A stretch of 64,000 nt of DNA from Octopus vulgaris (Eukaryota): contig OX597815.1 of assembly GCA_951406725.2 (NCBI GenBank), positions 40,424,001 through 40,488,000 of the forward strand. The letters run 5' to 3'. The notes beneath the pieces are model-generated. The model made no database searches, had not been told where the DNA came from, and was given only the letters and a program-made list of their open reading frames with translations. Both the position numbers and the translations under genes were made by a program. Position 1 is the first letter of the stretch, and each line of letters opens with the position of its first letter. This document shows, piece by piece, positions 27,388-42,500 of this stretch.

Positions 27388-30300
27388 TTAGTGTCTATGT
27401 TTTATACAGGCATGGGTTGAGTGATTTGACAGGATCCAGTGAGTCCAAGGACCATATCATGCTTCAGTGTCTGCTTTAGCATATTTTCCATGCTAACCAT
27501 TTTTCAGTATGTACTGTGTACTTTTTTGTGGTAGTAAGGTTGCCATGCAGCTTGCAAGACTACAAAACCTGAGGGAGTTTTTCATGGTAGGGAAATATCA
27601 ATGATATAGTAATATGATAGAGTCTACAAGTTGGCATTGAAGTAAAAGTAATAGATATATTTGCTTATAAAAGTCTCAGGTTTAATAGTTTGAAATCTTC
27701 CAAGATTAACAAAGCTTTTTCCCATCACATTTAGTTGATCACAATGAGTAATACCTTTAATAAGTAATAGGTGACCTTGCTTTCAGCTTTAGTTCATAAA
27801 AGAAAAGGAGCTTTTGGATTCACTGCCAAGAACATGTTGATCAAAAGGGAAGTATGGTAACTCTAGATGTGAGAAGAAAATATGACATGATATAAAATGG
27901 TACTCTTTTAAATGAAGTATATATCCCTCATAAAAGGAATGTGGTCTTTAGTTAATTGTGGTAGAGAACATAATTTTACGACCTCTGGACCCTATACATT
28001 CTCCACTCAGTTTGCCAACAATTACAGGAAATACTGGGTGCATATTGTGGTACCAGCACTAGAAAGATTATCTCATTCACCCATCACTTTTAAGGAACAC
28101 AAGCAATCGGTTTGCATCAGTATAGGAAGAGTGATGTGATGTAGAGAGTATTTTGAACTCGAACATGAAACCAGAAAGAGCAGTGACACCAGCATCAAGT
28201 TTGAAAATGGATGAGAGTTGCAAGTGCTGAGAGTACACAGTAACCTAGAGCATGTACATTTGCTCAAGTGACCAAAGAGGGGGATTAGAAAAGAGATCAA
28301 TGACATCAGAAGGGCCTTGATGACTAGGTGGAAGAAAGAAAGTAGTAGTATGATGTAAGGGACAGGATTATTTAGTACAGCAAAAGTGGACAAAATTATG
28401 GGAAGGTGACAGAGTAAGATAAAGACTAGAGACTGACTGGCAACAGCAGAGGTGGACAAAAGTAAGGGTTGGTGACGAGATAAGATAAATGTTAGGTGAT
28501 AGCTGGTAATAGAAGTGACCTTAGGAGAGAGTGGAGAGGGTGAGGAGAGTGAGTAAAGATGATAAGGTAGATGCACTAGAGAGAAGGAATTGTAGAGGAT
28601 AGCCCAGTATAGTCTCTAATACATTGGTCTAGTGGTTTGGTAAGGGTTGACATCACTCTTCCTATACTGATGCAAACCGATTGCTTGTGTTCCTTAAAAG
28701 TGATGGGTGAATGAAATAATGATACACAGGCTTAGTAAAGGGTGGGACAGTCACAGGAATGAAATAGAGCAATGAGTGGAGAGTGAGCAACAGGAACAGA
28801 GGGGAATCAATGGATTCAAAAGGTTTAAGCAGCAAAATGAATGTTGTGTGTTTAGCAGTGTGCAAAATATCTCAGCCTCCAAACATTACTCTAGTGTCAT
28901 GGTACATTTCACCATAGGTGGTCGAGTCTTCTGCAGCACTGCATATTGCTAATCAGTACATATAAAGAGGAAGATGCTTCTATGCTTACTTTTTCACACA
29001 AGTGATTTTAGTGATAAATATAGAGAAACAGATATAGTCAGAGATATCCGAGTAGCTCTCTTTCTTATGTAGTGAGCTGAGTGTGGTTTCAAAGTTCACA
29101 CATCATAAGGTTTTAAAATCTTGAGTGTAGCCAGAGACAGGATAAATATCTAAGGAGACAGAGAGGCTGAAATGTCCCAGAAGAAAAGTTTGAAAGAACT
29201 TTTTTTTATTAAAAGAAGAGTACAAGACAAATGTTTCAGATACTGAGAGGAATGAGGAGATTGGCAGGTATCAGTTGTAAGAGTTGGGAGGTGAATTTGA
29301 AATAAAATTGTCAACATTTGTCTGTATTATTTGATACAAACTACAAAAGTTGATAAATGGGAGAAAGTAAGTTTATCATAAAGCAAGGTAAATGCATTGA
29401 CTTAGATACCAACATGTACAATCTTCCATTATTTCATATAATGCTTTTTTTCAGGTTGTGACAAAGATCAGAAAGTTGTCATCTGAAATTTTCCAAGTAT
29501 TGAAGACATTGGTCTATGTCAGTGCCACTCAAAGTGGTGGTCTGCAGACTGGTGCTGGTCCGCGAGCCACCAGCTGCCAGTATGCAGCAAGTTTCCAGAA
29601 AAGAAAGAAACATTATAAAATGCTTATGTAATATTGTATTATTTGTTTACAAAATAAATATAAGATAAAAAAATTATCAACTTTTATTATATTCATTATA
29701 TATACTGTTTCCAGTATATTACTAAGAAATATTACTGATCCCTGGCACATTGGAAAAAAAAACTGCCGGTATGCCACATCAAATAGTTTGAGAAGCACTG
29801 GTCTGTGTAACAACTATCTGAGTATATTATTTAAGCTATGTTCCTCAATCTTTTTACTTTCACAGAACCCTTGAAATACATTCCATGTCTTGAGAAATTC
29901 CTACATAAAACTCTTGATATATCTTTATTAGTCTTCCTCTTTCGAGAAATTAAATTCCATTAGAGATTAAGCAAATCATAAAACTGTCTTTAAAAGTTTT
30001 GAAAATGCCAAATCCATCAAATGCCACAAAAAGGGTTAAAGAGATTTCAACTTAACCAGGGCTATGTTTACATCAAATTCTTCTTCAATTCTTTATGAAG
30101 GAGTCATTTTTCTTTTGTAAAGTTGTCCTACAGCCTGTAATTGCCAGGATTTTCCCAACGTGTATAAGAAAATTATGAATATAGAATATAGAAGTAAACA
30201 CAAAAATGACTCAAATTGCTTTTGTATGTAATTAGCTGATTCATCACTACTTCTTGTGAAACACTGAGCAACATCTCATATAATCCTAGGGCTGGGAAAC

Positions 30301-32638
30301 ATTGATCTATAAAGTAAATATTCACTCAGTAAATGTTTATCACATCACTTACTTGAATTTTTCCAAACAAAATAGTTTTCTTCCCTCATTGGCTGTAATA
30401 CCTTTTCTGTAAATAGCTGTTCAATTAATTGGATGGGGCTTCGGTGTGTTCAATTGGCATGTTAGAAATGGCAGCCAAATTTTTCCAACTTAAAACTTAC
30501 CAGCTCAAATAAGGGAAGTATACATTAGGTATTGTAGTCAAGCACTCTTGAAAAAGACAGGATGCTTAAAGGTCTACAACAACAACATAGTTCATAAGAT
30601 GTCACTAACATCCTTCACTCACTTCTCTATTAATCTGACCCCGATGGAAAGCAAATATAATCCACTCATACTGTCTCAAATCCAAAGGTTCAAATAAATA
30701 AAAATCAACTGATGAAATAGAAGATTAAGCTCAATACATTTAATTAATATAATTCTCTGGTAACACCAAGAAAGTTAGATATTTTGAGACTGCCTATATC
30801 GTAATTTTATAAAAGAAGTAACAGGGTTTTAATTAAAACTAAATTGTGTTTCATAGTTTAATTCTGAGAAATATTTTTTTTTCCATCTTTAGGTTCTTTA
30901 AAAGCTGATCTGACAGATTTAGCAGCTGAAGAAGATGGTCATGCTGTTATAATACCTACTCATGAATCTCTAAAGGTGAAAACATTGCAAGAACATGATA
31001 CACCAAGCTGTGAAGAACCAATAGTATCAAAGAAACAAAATCCTACCACAAATACTGGCAGGTATTCTAAAAATGAGAAAATGGACTCTAAGAGCCATGA
31101 ATCAAACAAATTTCTTCTTCGGCATGTTAAACAGGAACCTTTCAGTAAATCCCAGGAGCTCATCCCAGATAAAATTAGGAATTCTAGAAGAAGCAATATT
31201 GAAAACAAATTGAGGTCAAAATCTTATGATAGGATTCCATCAAAGGATTCTTCTAACAAGTTTTCTAACCAAGTCAAAGCATCAAATAATTCTAGTACTG
31301 GGGAAAATGAAGAACACAAGAGTGCTGATAAACTAACCGCAACTGAAGTTCTTCATCAAATGGCAGAACTTTCTAATTCACAATCTGATTTGCCAGTGCA
31401 TTCTTGGAGAGAAGATGAAAAATACCATTCACAGAAATGGCTTAAAAGCCATATATCCGTCAGTGATAAGATAAAACAACTTGAATCAAACACTCAAACG
31501 GACAAGAAAGGTATGTTTACACATTCAATCCAAAGTGTTTTTAGTGAACTAATTCTTACAAAAAGAATGTTTGTATGACCATATGTTCTAGATATTGTAT
31601 TGAAAAGAAAATACAAATTTAAAAACATGAAGGGTAAAATAAAAACTTAGTAGAATCCTGTTGACATAGTTCAAGAGATACATTCCAGCTAATTCAAGTA
31701 ACCTCTAATTGGATTCAATATCATCATCATCATCGTAGATACCACCATCATCACTACCTCTATCACTACCACATCTGGAATAATGTTTTATGGCCTAAAC
31801 ACACACCAAGTTAAATGTTACTGCAAGGTCTGGAGACACCTCTTCAACTTCTTTGAAAATTTCCACCATTCTGATACAAGCTCAATTGTCATGACTTTAT
31901 CTTGCTGTGGAACACATTGTATAAGAAGGACAGAGTGAGTCTAATGTGTGTACAGTTCTTTCGCACTTTAAAGAAAATGTACACTAGTGTAGCAGTTGGG
32001 TCTAGTAAGACAGCATGATACATAACTGACAGAACCCCATCCCAACTAAGAGTTAAATTATCAAGTTAAGTTAGCTTGGATATTCTACACATTTGCAATA
32101 ATAAAATACTACCACTTCCAAAGTTTCAGACGTGCAGAACATGTTGTAAATGAAGGAACAGTTACGGTTTTCTGCTCACCACCACCATCACATCCACATT
32201 GGATCTTTTGTCAAGTTGTTGCATAGTCAGTCAAGGTCTTCAATGATTGCTGATGGATGAAACTTTTTGGAGTCACAGGCAGAGTGGAACTTTAATTACT
32301 GCAGTGGAGAAATCACACATTAGTGACAATGAAATTCTACCACTTCTGTAGTTTCAGAAACACAGAAAATGTTAGTTTGGACAAGAGTAGTTGTGATTCT
32401 CTATTTCTGTGAATAGGTGCATCCCTTGTTTGATGTGCTGTTGCATGGTTGAAATCATTGTTTTGTGATCGCCAAATGGACAAACATGTTAACTTTAGGC
32501 AACTTGTTTTTGCTTTCTTCTTTTTTTCTTTCTCTTTCTTCTTTTATTAATTTTCTACTTTTTTAGCAGTTGTTAGGTCATTGCTAAATTGATGGATAAA
32601 TTATTTTATAAATATATATGTATATATATATTATATAT

Positions 32639-32678
<40 letters not shown>

Positions 32679-35600
32679 GTGTGTGTGTGTGTGTTGAGAG
32701 AGAGAGAGAGAGAAACAACCATTACTTTGTTACATAATATTACATGATGTAATTAAATCTTTACCGCTGTTTCAGTGTTTGCATGTATGTAAGTATGTAT
32801 GTGCATAAAGTCTCATGCTAACATAAGAAAAAAATGGTTGACAAATTACTTGTTTATATATTTCAGAAATAGTTCCACCAGTGCCACCACCTCTTCCTAA
32901 CTTTGTAATGAGTACATCTCAAAGCAAACTGAAGAATAAACGGCTACACTGGCAGAAAATTGAAGGAGAACCAAATGAAAATACTATTTGGTATAAGGTT
33001 AGCATCTTTGCAGCAAACTATTTTTGAATGAATGATTTACTCAGTGATTACAGTTCCCTGCTTGGATATTGGGAGATGAAGTGAGAGTAGATGTTTTGTT
33101 TTTTCTGTACATTAGTGCAGGAAAAGAAGGCCCATGGCCTTTGTTGATCCTCACAGATTTTTCTATTAACTGCATCAACCTCACAGGTGAGATCACTGCA
33201 GTTAATGGCAAATCACGAATGGAGAGGAAATTCCAGTGCATTATGTATGAAAACAAATGAATTTCACATTAATAAGACACGGTTTCATACGTGCAGAAGA
33301 CGCTAAAATTTGAAGTTGTACTTTAGTGCATGTACTTTAGTGCAGCATAAACAGTGAATATATTACATCAAAGGTGAGGGAAATGCACTAAAAGATCCAG
33401 TCCAACTTGCAGGCTCTTTCCTACCAGTGACAATCTTTATCCCGATAAAAATGTTTAACCCTTTTGTTACCATATTTATCTTGAGATGCTATGCATTTCT
33501 TTCAATTATTTTGAATATAACAAAGAAATTGATAAAATAAGTTCATTATCATTAAGCTAGTGTTAGGAACATAAATTGTGACTAAGGTTTGGTGGAAGAT
33601 TTAAATTCAAAACTTATGTAAACATGACATTTGTACTACAGAGCCAGAGGCGCTTTCAGCCGGGTTAATATTGAAAGGGTTAAGGTGATGCAAGGGCCCT
33701 GGGCATGAAACTTTTCCACTTGTTGTTCACATAATCTTCTCTTTTCTTTTTTAGGTTAATAAAAGTGATCCAGATGATATTATCCCTCTTTTGAATCTAG
33801 AAAAGAGGTTTGCATTTAAAACCAGTGAGCCAGGTAATAAGAAAAATTTATCAATAAATAAAAGTTTTTATTTGTTTTTTATATTTCATTGGTTTTTCTC
33901 TTGTTTCTTTTGTTTTGTTTATGTTTTTGGTTTGCCATGCTAAATGTCAATGATGGGATACAAGCAGTCAACATTTCTTCTGGTAATCTAACACTCTATC
34001 AAAGCAACCAGCCATGATTCCATGCTGACAGAGTAAGAAGACACTTTTTTTTAAACAATGCCATTTAAATAAAAAGTTTCTTTTTTTAGAGAAAAGTAAA
34101 GTTGTAAAGAAGAAAATCGTATCCATCTTGGATTCAAGAAAATCATACAACATTTGTAAGTAAAACATATCTATATTAATTCAATTTACTCATTATCTGA
34201 ATATAATTAATTTCACCTTTCATAACCACTGGGTACATAGAACAAATCTACCAAATATATCCCATAAATTGTTTTTGTAATAAATTTTTGAAATTGTAAA
34301 GAGACTTTATGGATACCGTGTATATATACAGTATATATTTGATATATTTCTTTCAGCCATTCTACTTGGACATTTGAAATTACCAAGTTCCAGCATAAAA
34401 GCAGCAATATTGTCCGTTGATGATAAGCTCCTAACCTATGAATTCTTGCGTCAACTGTTAGTGTACTGTCCAAGCAAATCAGAGGTAACAAAAACAGACA
34501 AACCTAGAATATTTTTTCAGATTCTCTCTCTTATATTCCAAAAATAAATACTGAATAAACATTGAAGAATTATTATGAACATGTTTTTTTTATTTTTTTA
34601 AATTCCATGTAGCAAGAAGAATTTAAAAACTATAATGGAAAGATTGGAGACTTAAACCAAGCTGACCAAGTAACTTGTGAAGTAAGGATTCTTCTCTTTG
34701 ATTTCCGTTTTGTTTTGCTTTGGCAGCAGCATGGCAAAGGGGTAGAGTCTTGATTATTGTTACATGTTATTTTTATATCTTTTCAAGACAGAGAGTAAGA
34801 GAGAGAGAATAAGAGAAGGAAAGAGTGTGACTCATGGAAAGTGAATGAGCATTTTTGTGAGAGAAAGAAAAAGAAAAAGAGAGACAGAGAGTAAGAGAGT
34901 AGGTGTAAGTGTGTGTGTGTGTGTGTGTGTGTGCACCTATGTAAGAGCATGTAAACACACACACACATACATACAATCATTATAAGAAATAATGGTTTCT
35001 CCCACTGATCCAAGGATACAGATATGTAGAGAAGTGGGTGAGCTAATCATCATCATCGTTTAACATCCACTTTCCATGCTAGCATGGGTTGGACGATTTG
35101 ACTGAGGTCTGGCGAACCAAACTCCAATCTGATCTGGCAGAGTTTCCACAGCTGGATGCCCTTCCTAACGCCAACCACTCCGAGAGTGTAGTGGGTGCTT
35201 TTACGTGCCACCGGCACAGTACATAACAAATGCTTATTGATTCTGGGAGTAAAGAAAATCAAAGTTGGCTCCAGCTGGAGCCAACTTTGATTTCAGAATG
35301 TAGGGGTATGTAACTAAATACTACAATGCTTTTAATTCATCATATGTAGCAACTGTATCACTCCTCTACCTTAAAATGATTGATATTTAGTAAGAAATAG
35401 TTACACCTGTACTTCTATCTTGATTATTCAACATAGGGCAAATTAAAGACAAGCCTCACTCTTGAAAGGATTTCAATTTATCCCAGGTTATATTTTTCTT
35501 GAATTTCTTGTTAACATCCTCCATAGTTAAGGGAAATATCTCATGTGGTAATAATTGTTCTGCCCAGAAATATGCTGATGTATACACTTACCTCATGAAA

Positions 35601-38600
35601 AAAATAAGACTAAAATTTGATCAAGTTTAAAATCTTAGTCTTCCATGATAACAACAGAATACATTTTACTTGTCTCTGACTTAAGAGTATAAACAGGTCT
35701 TCTAAAGGAAAGTTACAAACAATAAACTAACATTTTTTATCCAGGGTGATATTATTCTAATTCTTAGCATATCACACAAAATGCTTAACAGCATTTCTTC
35801 TAGCTCTTTATGTTCTGAGTTCAAATCCTGCTGGGGTCAAATTTGCCTTTCGTCCTTTCAGTGTCAATAAAGTATCATTTAAGTACTGGAGTCAGTAATA
35901 CTGACTAACACACTTCTCCTAAAGTCACTGTCCTTGTACCAAAGTTTGAAACAATTATAATAATGAGCCTATTGTATACAGTGCTCAGGTGCACTACAAC
36001 TTATCAGCAAAGTGTAAAAGAGAAGCAAGAAAGACAGCAATGATAGCCAAAAGTGCCTGCATAGTACACAGAATGTATAATATATAATGAAATTATTGTG
36101 TACAGTGCTCAGGTGCACCACAACTTGTCAGAAAGTGCGTATAAAGCATATGCAGTAATGTACAAATGTCTGGAAAGCAAACAATGTATGAGTCAGATAC
36201 ATGCTTGTGTGTATGGGGGGAGAAAATCAGGTGTAGTGTTGACGAATCTCAGAAAGCATGGAAGTTTTGAAGGATGCAGTGCTCCGACAACTAACAACTA
36301 ATGCCGAATGAAACACAATAAAATGAAACACAATAAAACAGAAAAGTGGAGAGTAAAAGAACCATAAAGTGGAAATGGGGTATAAGTACTGCTATGCACA
36401 CACACACACACATCCTGGACTTCATCTAGGGGAGAGTTACTTAACTGATGAGTACTCAGTCACTAACTCAGCCTCTGACCTACAGGCATTCTGTCTCCTC
36501 TTTGTCTTTTCTATCACTACAGTTATGGTTTCCCTTCATTAGAACTGACTGATCTCATACATCCACCACTCAGGCTCTCCCAATCCACTCATTTATCCAA
36601 CTGTCATCACCTTTGTTGCATCCAAACTCTAACCCCACCAACCTTGCACTAACCAGTATACCTAATTATTTCTCTCAAGAACTTTGGCCCTCTCTGCTTA
36701 CATCTTTCCAGTAGGTGTTAACCAGCAGAAATTTAAACCAAAAATTGATGATGTCAGGCTCACCAGTCCTGTTGGGCCTTCAAAACATCACAAGCACCGC
36801 ACCTTCCTCCAAACTCAGCAAATGGAAAAGTTACCCAACTTGATGTCATTTAAATTAAACCAAATTCAGTTATTTTCCTTTGCTTTTGTTGTGTTACCAT
36901 TAAAACAAAAAATAGGTTGAATTAATTTGTTTTTGTTGGAGCAAATTACAGTTGGCTGTACTTACTATTATTAATCACTCTAATGGAAAGAATGAAATCA
37001 GCTGTCACACAGGCAGACTTCACTCAAATGTACTTCTATTATGACTCAGACCATTTTCCAAATTTGAGTTCAGCCCTGCAAATCAACTAAGCATTTATTA
37101 ACCATGTGCCATATCTACTATTTGCAAAGGTAATTGGGATCTATCATGTACCCACTTACAGGTGGATGGACTGGATTAACAAGACTTGTCTTGACTATTG
37201 ATACATCAAAGTGTTCGTCATCATCATCATCATTTAACATCCATTTTCCATGCATGCATGCATGAGTAGGGTGGTTGACAGGAGCCAGCCAGGTATAAAA
37301 ACTACCCTGGGCTACTGTGTCTGATTCGGCAGGGTTTTTGTGGTTGGATACCCTTCCCAACATCAACCACTCTGCAGAGTGGACTCGGTGCTTTTTACAT
37401 GGCACTAGCACAGGCAGGGTTAGTTTTGGCATGGTTTTTACTGCTGGATACCCTTCCAAATGCCAACCACTTTACAGTGTAGACTGGATGCTTTTTACTT
37501 GGTACCACCACTGGCAGGGTCACCAAGTAACTCATAAGTCAAGGGATTATGAGGGGGGCATTTGAGGAGGGGAACTTGTGTCAGAGGATGAAAGGTTAGA
37601 GTGTGACAAAGAGACAGAGGCAGAAACAGGTGTTTTGTTATTAAAGAGGGGATATTGGAAGAGGTGACCCAGTATCAGATGAAAGATTAGTGTGACAGAG
37701 AAATAGAGAAGTAGAAATAGGTGTCTTGCTATAGAGGAGGTACATGGTCACCCAGTAAGAGAGAGAGAGGGAGGGAGAGGAAGGGAGAGAGATACACGAA
37801 AGAGGACAGAAACAGATGTGCTAATGTAAAGGAGATACTTGGTTACCTAGTCAGAGGGAAAACAAGAGGAGAGAGAGAATGACCAAGAATGAGGGCAGAA
37901 ATAGGTTATTGCTGTAGAGGAGATATATGGTTACCCAGCCAGAGGGAAGAGCAAAGGAAAGAGAGAGAAAGTAGGAAACAGCAGCAGTGTAAGAGAGAGC
38001 AGGAGATAGATGGTGAAGTTCCAGGGTATATTCACAATTAACAAGGATCAGAGGTAGATGTGATGGTAGAGTAAAGAAGAGGGCAGTACAAAGGTTGCAA
38101 TATACATAGTCAGGTGTTGTCAATAAGGCACAAGTAAGGAGTGGGGGGGTTGTAGTAACTGGTGAAAACCTGGGCAGAATGGTGGAGGTGAAGCAGTGAG
38201 CAGTGAGGGCATTGGAAGACAATAGATGTAGTTTGGTTTCTTGGGATAGAGTGTGTAAAAAGTTTGTTGTTACAAGTGGGTGAGAAACAACTCTTCTAGC
38301 AGTTTCACTGACATGGCAGTGTCTTCTCTAGTACCTCATATTGCCAAACATCTTGGTCCATTGTCATTTGCTCCATGAGCCCCAACATCCTAAGATCAGT
38401 CCTCACCATTCCATCCCACGTCTTCTTGTGTCAAAGTGTTAGATATAATAAAATATAAACCAACAACTCTGACAGTCAGGCCACCAATATCTCACCCAGG
38501 AGTGAAACAACAGCCAAAATAAGGTTTGTATACATGACCATATAGCCTGTAATCCAGCCAATAAATATCCAGTCTACTTTTTCTGTATTTCAGCTGATAA

Positions 38601-39565
38601 AAATCCCAAGCTATGAAGACCGACTCAAAGTGTTGTTGTTCCGTGCTGATTTCAAAGAAAGAATCACTAAATTAAATTCGGTGAATACAATATTTGCATA
38701 AAGTTTGATCTAAACACTGTTTTTGCCTTCTTTTAGAATATATAAGATTAATTCTATATTAGAATACATTTCTAGTTTTACCTAGAATATTATTGATATA
38801 GATCTCATTCAACTATAGTTTATAAACACAAAATTCTTTTAAAACTAAGCTAGAAATTATTACCATTTAATGTCCACTTTTCCATTCTTGCATGGGCCAG
38901 ATGAATTTGTTGAGGCAGATTTTCTATGACTAGGTACCTTTCTTGTTACCAACCCTCACCTGTTGCCAAGCAAAGTAATACTCTCCCATGGCCAGATATG
39001 TTCTCACAGAAAATTGGAAATGAGTGACCTTGTATGTATGAAAATGACAATCGTATACAACTCTCAAGGCAAGGAGACATAAACACACTCACATACACAC
39101 ACGTACACATACATATGCATGTATATTATATGTATACATTACACGCATACCTATAATGGGCTTCTTTCAGTTTCTGTCTGCCAAATCCACTCACAAGGCT
39201 TTGGGAGAAGACATTTGCTCAAGGTGCCATGGAGTGGGACTAAACCAATAGCCATGGAGTTGAGAAGCAAACTTTTTACCACACAGCTACACCTGCATCT
39301 TGAAATATCTTCCTATTTTTATTTTTTATCTTTTCCTTGTTTTAGTCATTGAACTGTGATCGGGCTGGAGCACCGCTTCGAAGAATTTGGTCAAACAAAT
39401 CTACCAGTTTACTTATTTTTTTAAGTCTCGTACTTGTTCTAATGATCTCTTTTGCTGAACCATCAAGTTACAGTGAGGTGAAAAAAAAAGCAACATAAAT
39501 TGTCAAGCAGTGGAGGGTCAAATACAAACCAATATAATACACACACACATGTATATATGTATGTA

Positions 39566-39596
<31 letters not shown>

Positions 39597-42500
39597 ATGT
39601 ATGTATGTATGTATGTATGTATGTATGTGTATGTATGTCTGTCTGTCTGTCTGTATGTATGTATGTATGTATGTATGTATGTATGTGTGTGTGCATGTGT
39701 GTGTGTATACACACACCCATATATATAGGTAAATTGAAAATAAAAATAAAAGCAACAAAAGTCAAAAGAACATACATAGTAAATGTATTTGGTTGATGCT
39801 CAGTTTAACCCTTTCATCACCAACTCGGCTGAAACCAGCTTTGGCTCTGAGTACAAATGTCCTGTTTTCATAAGTTTTGAATTAAAATCTTCCACCAAAC
39901 CTTAGTCACAATTTATGTTCCTAACACTAGCTGAATGATAACTAAGTTATTTTACTAAATTCTCAAAAGAAACTCAACCACTTTGCTTCTGTGAGGCCCA
40001 ACATTCAAAAGATGTTCTTTACATGCCACCAGCACAGGTGCACTTGGCTTGATGCGTCCTCTGAAGCACAGCAAATCACCAAAGGTCTTGGTCACCAGTC
40101 ATTGCCTCTGTGAGGTTCAAAGTTCAAAGATCAAGCTTCACTACCATGTCCCATGCCTTCCTGGGTCTATCTCTAACTGGCAACAGGTTCCCCACTCCTG
40201 GCATGGTAGTTTCCTTAATCAGTTGTTGTTGCTGCTGTTGCAGTTGTTGTTATAATATTTTGCTGTTTCATTTGTAGATTATCCACAACATCATGACAGC
40301 TTCAGTAGAACTAAGGAAAAGCAATCTTTTAGTAAATGTTTTACAGGTAAGCATCATGTTTTAATGTCACACAACCCAGTCATTAAAAAATGACTTCAAA
40401 TTTGAACAGATACTAACCTTATAAGTAAGTCATAAGTACACCCACCCCCAATACACACAAAACTACCGCTCACATATTTGTGACAGAATAAAGATTCTAG
40501 ACCATGTCCTTCTATACATATTATTGACAAGGTTTTCTTACAGTTGGCTGCCCTTCTTATTGCTAACCTTTACCTGTTTTCAGGCAGGGGACCTTTTTCC
40601 CTGTCTTCACAAACACAAAACTGGCAGACAATTTGTTGACAAGGAAAAACAATAAATGTCACTGTTTGTAGTTCCTGTAAAACAAGGAATCAAAATATTC
40701 ACACACACATGCATATATCATCATGAGCATCATCGTTTAACATCCATATTCCATGCTGGCATAGGTGCGATGCTTTGACAAGATTTGATGGGTTCAAAGA
40801 TTGTATTCTATTCAAATGTTTGCCTTTATATGGTTTCTCTGATTGAATGCCATTCCTAATGCCAATCACTTTACATCATGTACTGGGTGCCTTTTTTCAT
40901 GGCACCAGCACTTGTGAGGTTGTCATGTCCTCAGCAAAACTAAGATTCTCTTCAACTGGGTGGGATTACAGTAGAGATGAAGACAGCATTTTACTATGGG
41001 ATGAGAGATTAAATACTGAAAGAGGGGATTTTAACAGAGCAGGTTTCTTGCTGTAGAGATAACCACATGGCTATTCACCCTTTGAAAGAGAGGGTGGGAT
41101 GGCCAAGAAAGAGCTGGAAAAATATAAAAATAGAGGTGCTGCAGTTTCAAAGTATTCCCTCAAGATACAAGATGAGTAGAAGTGAGTGGGAGAACAGAAA
41201 ATGTGTTAATTGAGGTTGTAAAAATGTATGGGAGAGTAAGAGATGGTTAGAGATAAGGAATGGGTTACAGGATGAATATAATGAAGAACAAGTGTTGAAG
41301 GCTGATAAGTAAGGGTGGTCTATATACTGAGGTCCACTTTACCTCCCATCCTTCAGAGGTCAATAAAATAAGTACTAATCAATAAAATAAATAGTGAGAT
41401 TCTAATAACCAAGTAAAATCTCTAATGAGGATATTATTATTATAACTGATAGGAAAATATTAATGTAACTATCTGTTGTTGAAATCTTCTGATTCTTCTA
41501 CACTGAAACCAGTAAAGAATATTCTCGATGAAATTGTTCTTTATTTTTACCCCTAAAATTGTAGGCCAATTGAATGACCCACTTGTCTTGTAAGAATTAA
41601 GTTAAAATCTAAAAAAGATAAGATTAGCAATCCAAAAGATATTTTTCCACCAGTATTTCTTTCTTATTTCACTTTCATACACAATTTTATAAAAACTCAT
41701 TACATTTCTCTCTTCAGATGATCCTTGCTATAGGGAACTTCCTTAATGAAGGAAATAGCAGAATTTCAAATGCTGCAGGCTTTCGGATAAATTTTTTGAC
41801 TCAGGTAAACATAACTTATATATTTTATTATACCCATGCTATATCAATAAAAAATAATTGAAACAGAGGTGTGACAAGCTAAAGGAATTGCTGTAATCAG
41901 TTGCATCCTTTGTGGTTTGGGGTCTGTTTTTCATCTTTCCATGACAGTAAAACAATATCTATAATATACTGGAGTTGATTTGTTGACTGAACTCTGCTGT
42001 AGCAACAACAAACTACATTGGATGACAGTAGGTCATCTGTGAAATAAGTAGAAAGACATTTCTTTTAGAATACCTAAATGTTTAAGTTTACGTGATGCAT
42101 ATTGTGAAACTATACAGGTATACAACTGCGATGTATATTGTAAAACTGCATAGTTTTACATTATACAGAGGTTAAATTGATTGAATCTACTTCTTTCTTC
42201 CTGTATCTGCTTCCAAAAAGAAACTTTCTGTGCCTTAATCCATAATTTTCAAAATTTCACACTGAAAATTACCCATATTATTCTACCAAGTTATATACCC
42301 CCATCAGTCCAAAAGAACCAGGAAAGACTATGAGTACTGAACTTCCCCCTCAAACTTTTGATGAAATTACAGAGTGTAAACCATCTTAAAGAAAAGACTT
42401 AGTGCATAATTTCAATAAAATTTCTAATATTGTTGATTGACAAATCCAATAGATTTAATTTTGGGGTTATTTTTTTTGGTGGGGTGGGAGTTTTGTTTTG

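Noticed and set aside
29455-29490. Possible cassette exon after tttttcag in the intron following exon 13
   Set aside because: In the required phase it reaches TGA after 10 codons; no good donor
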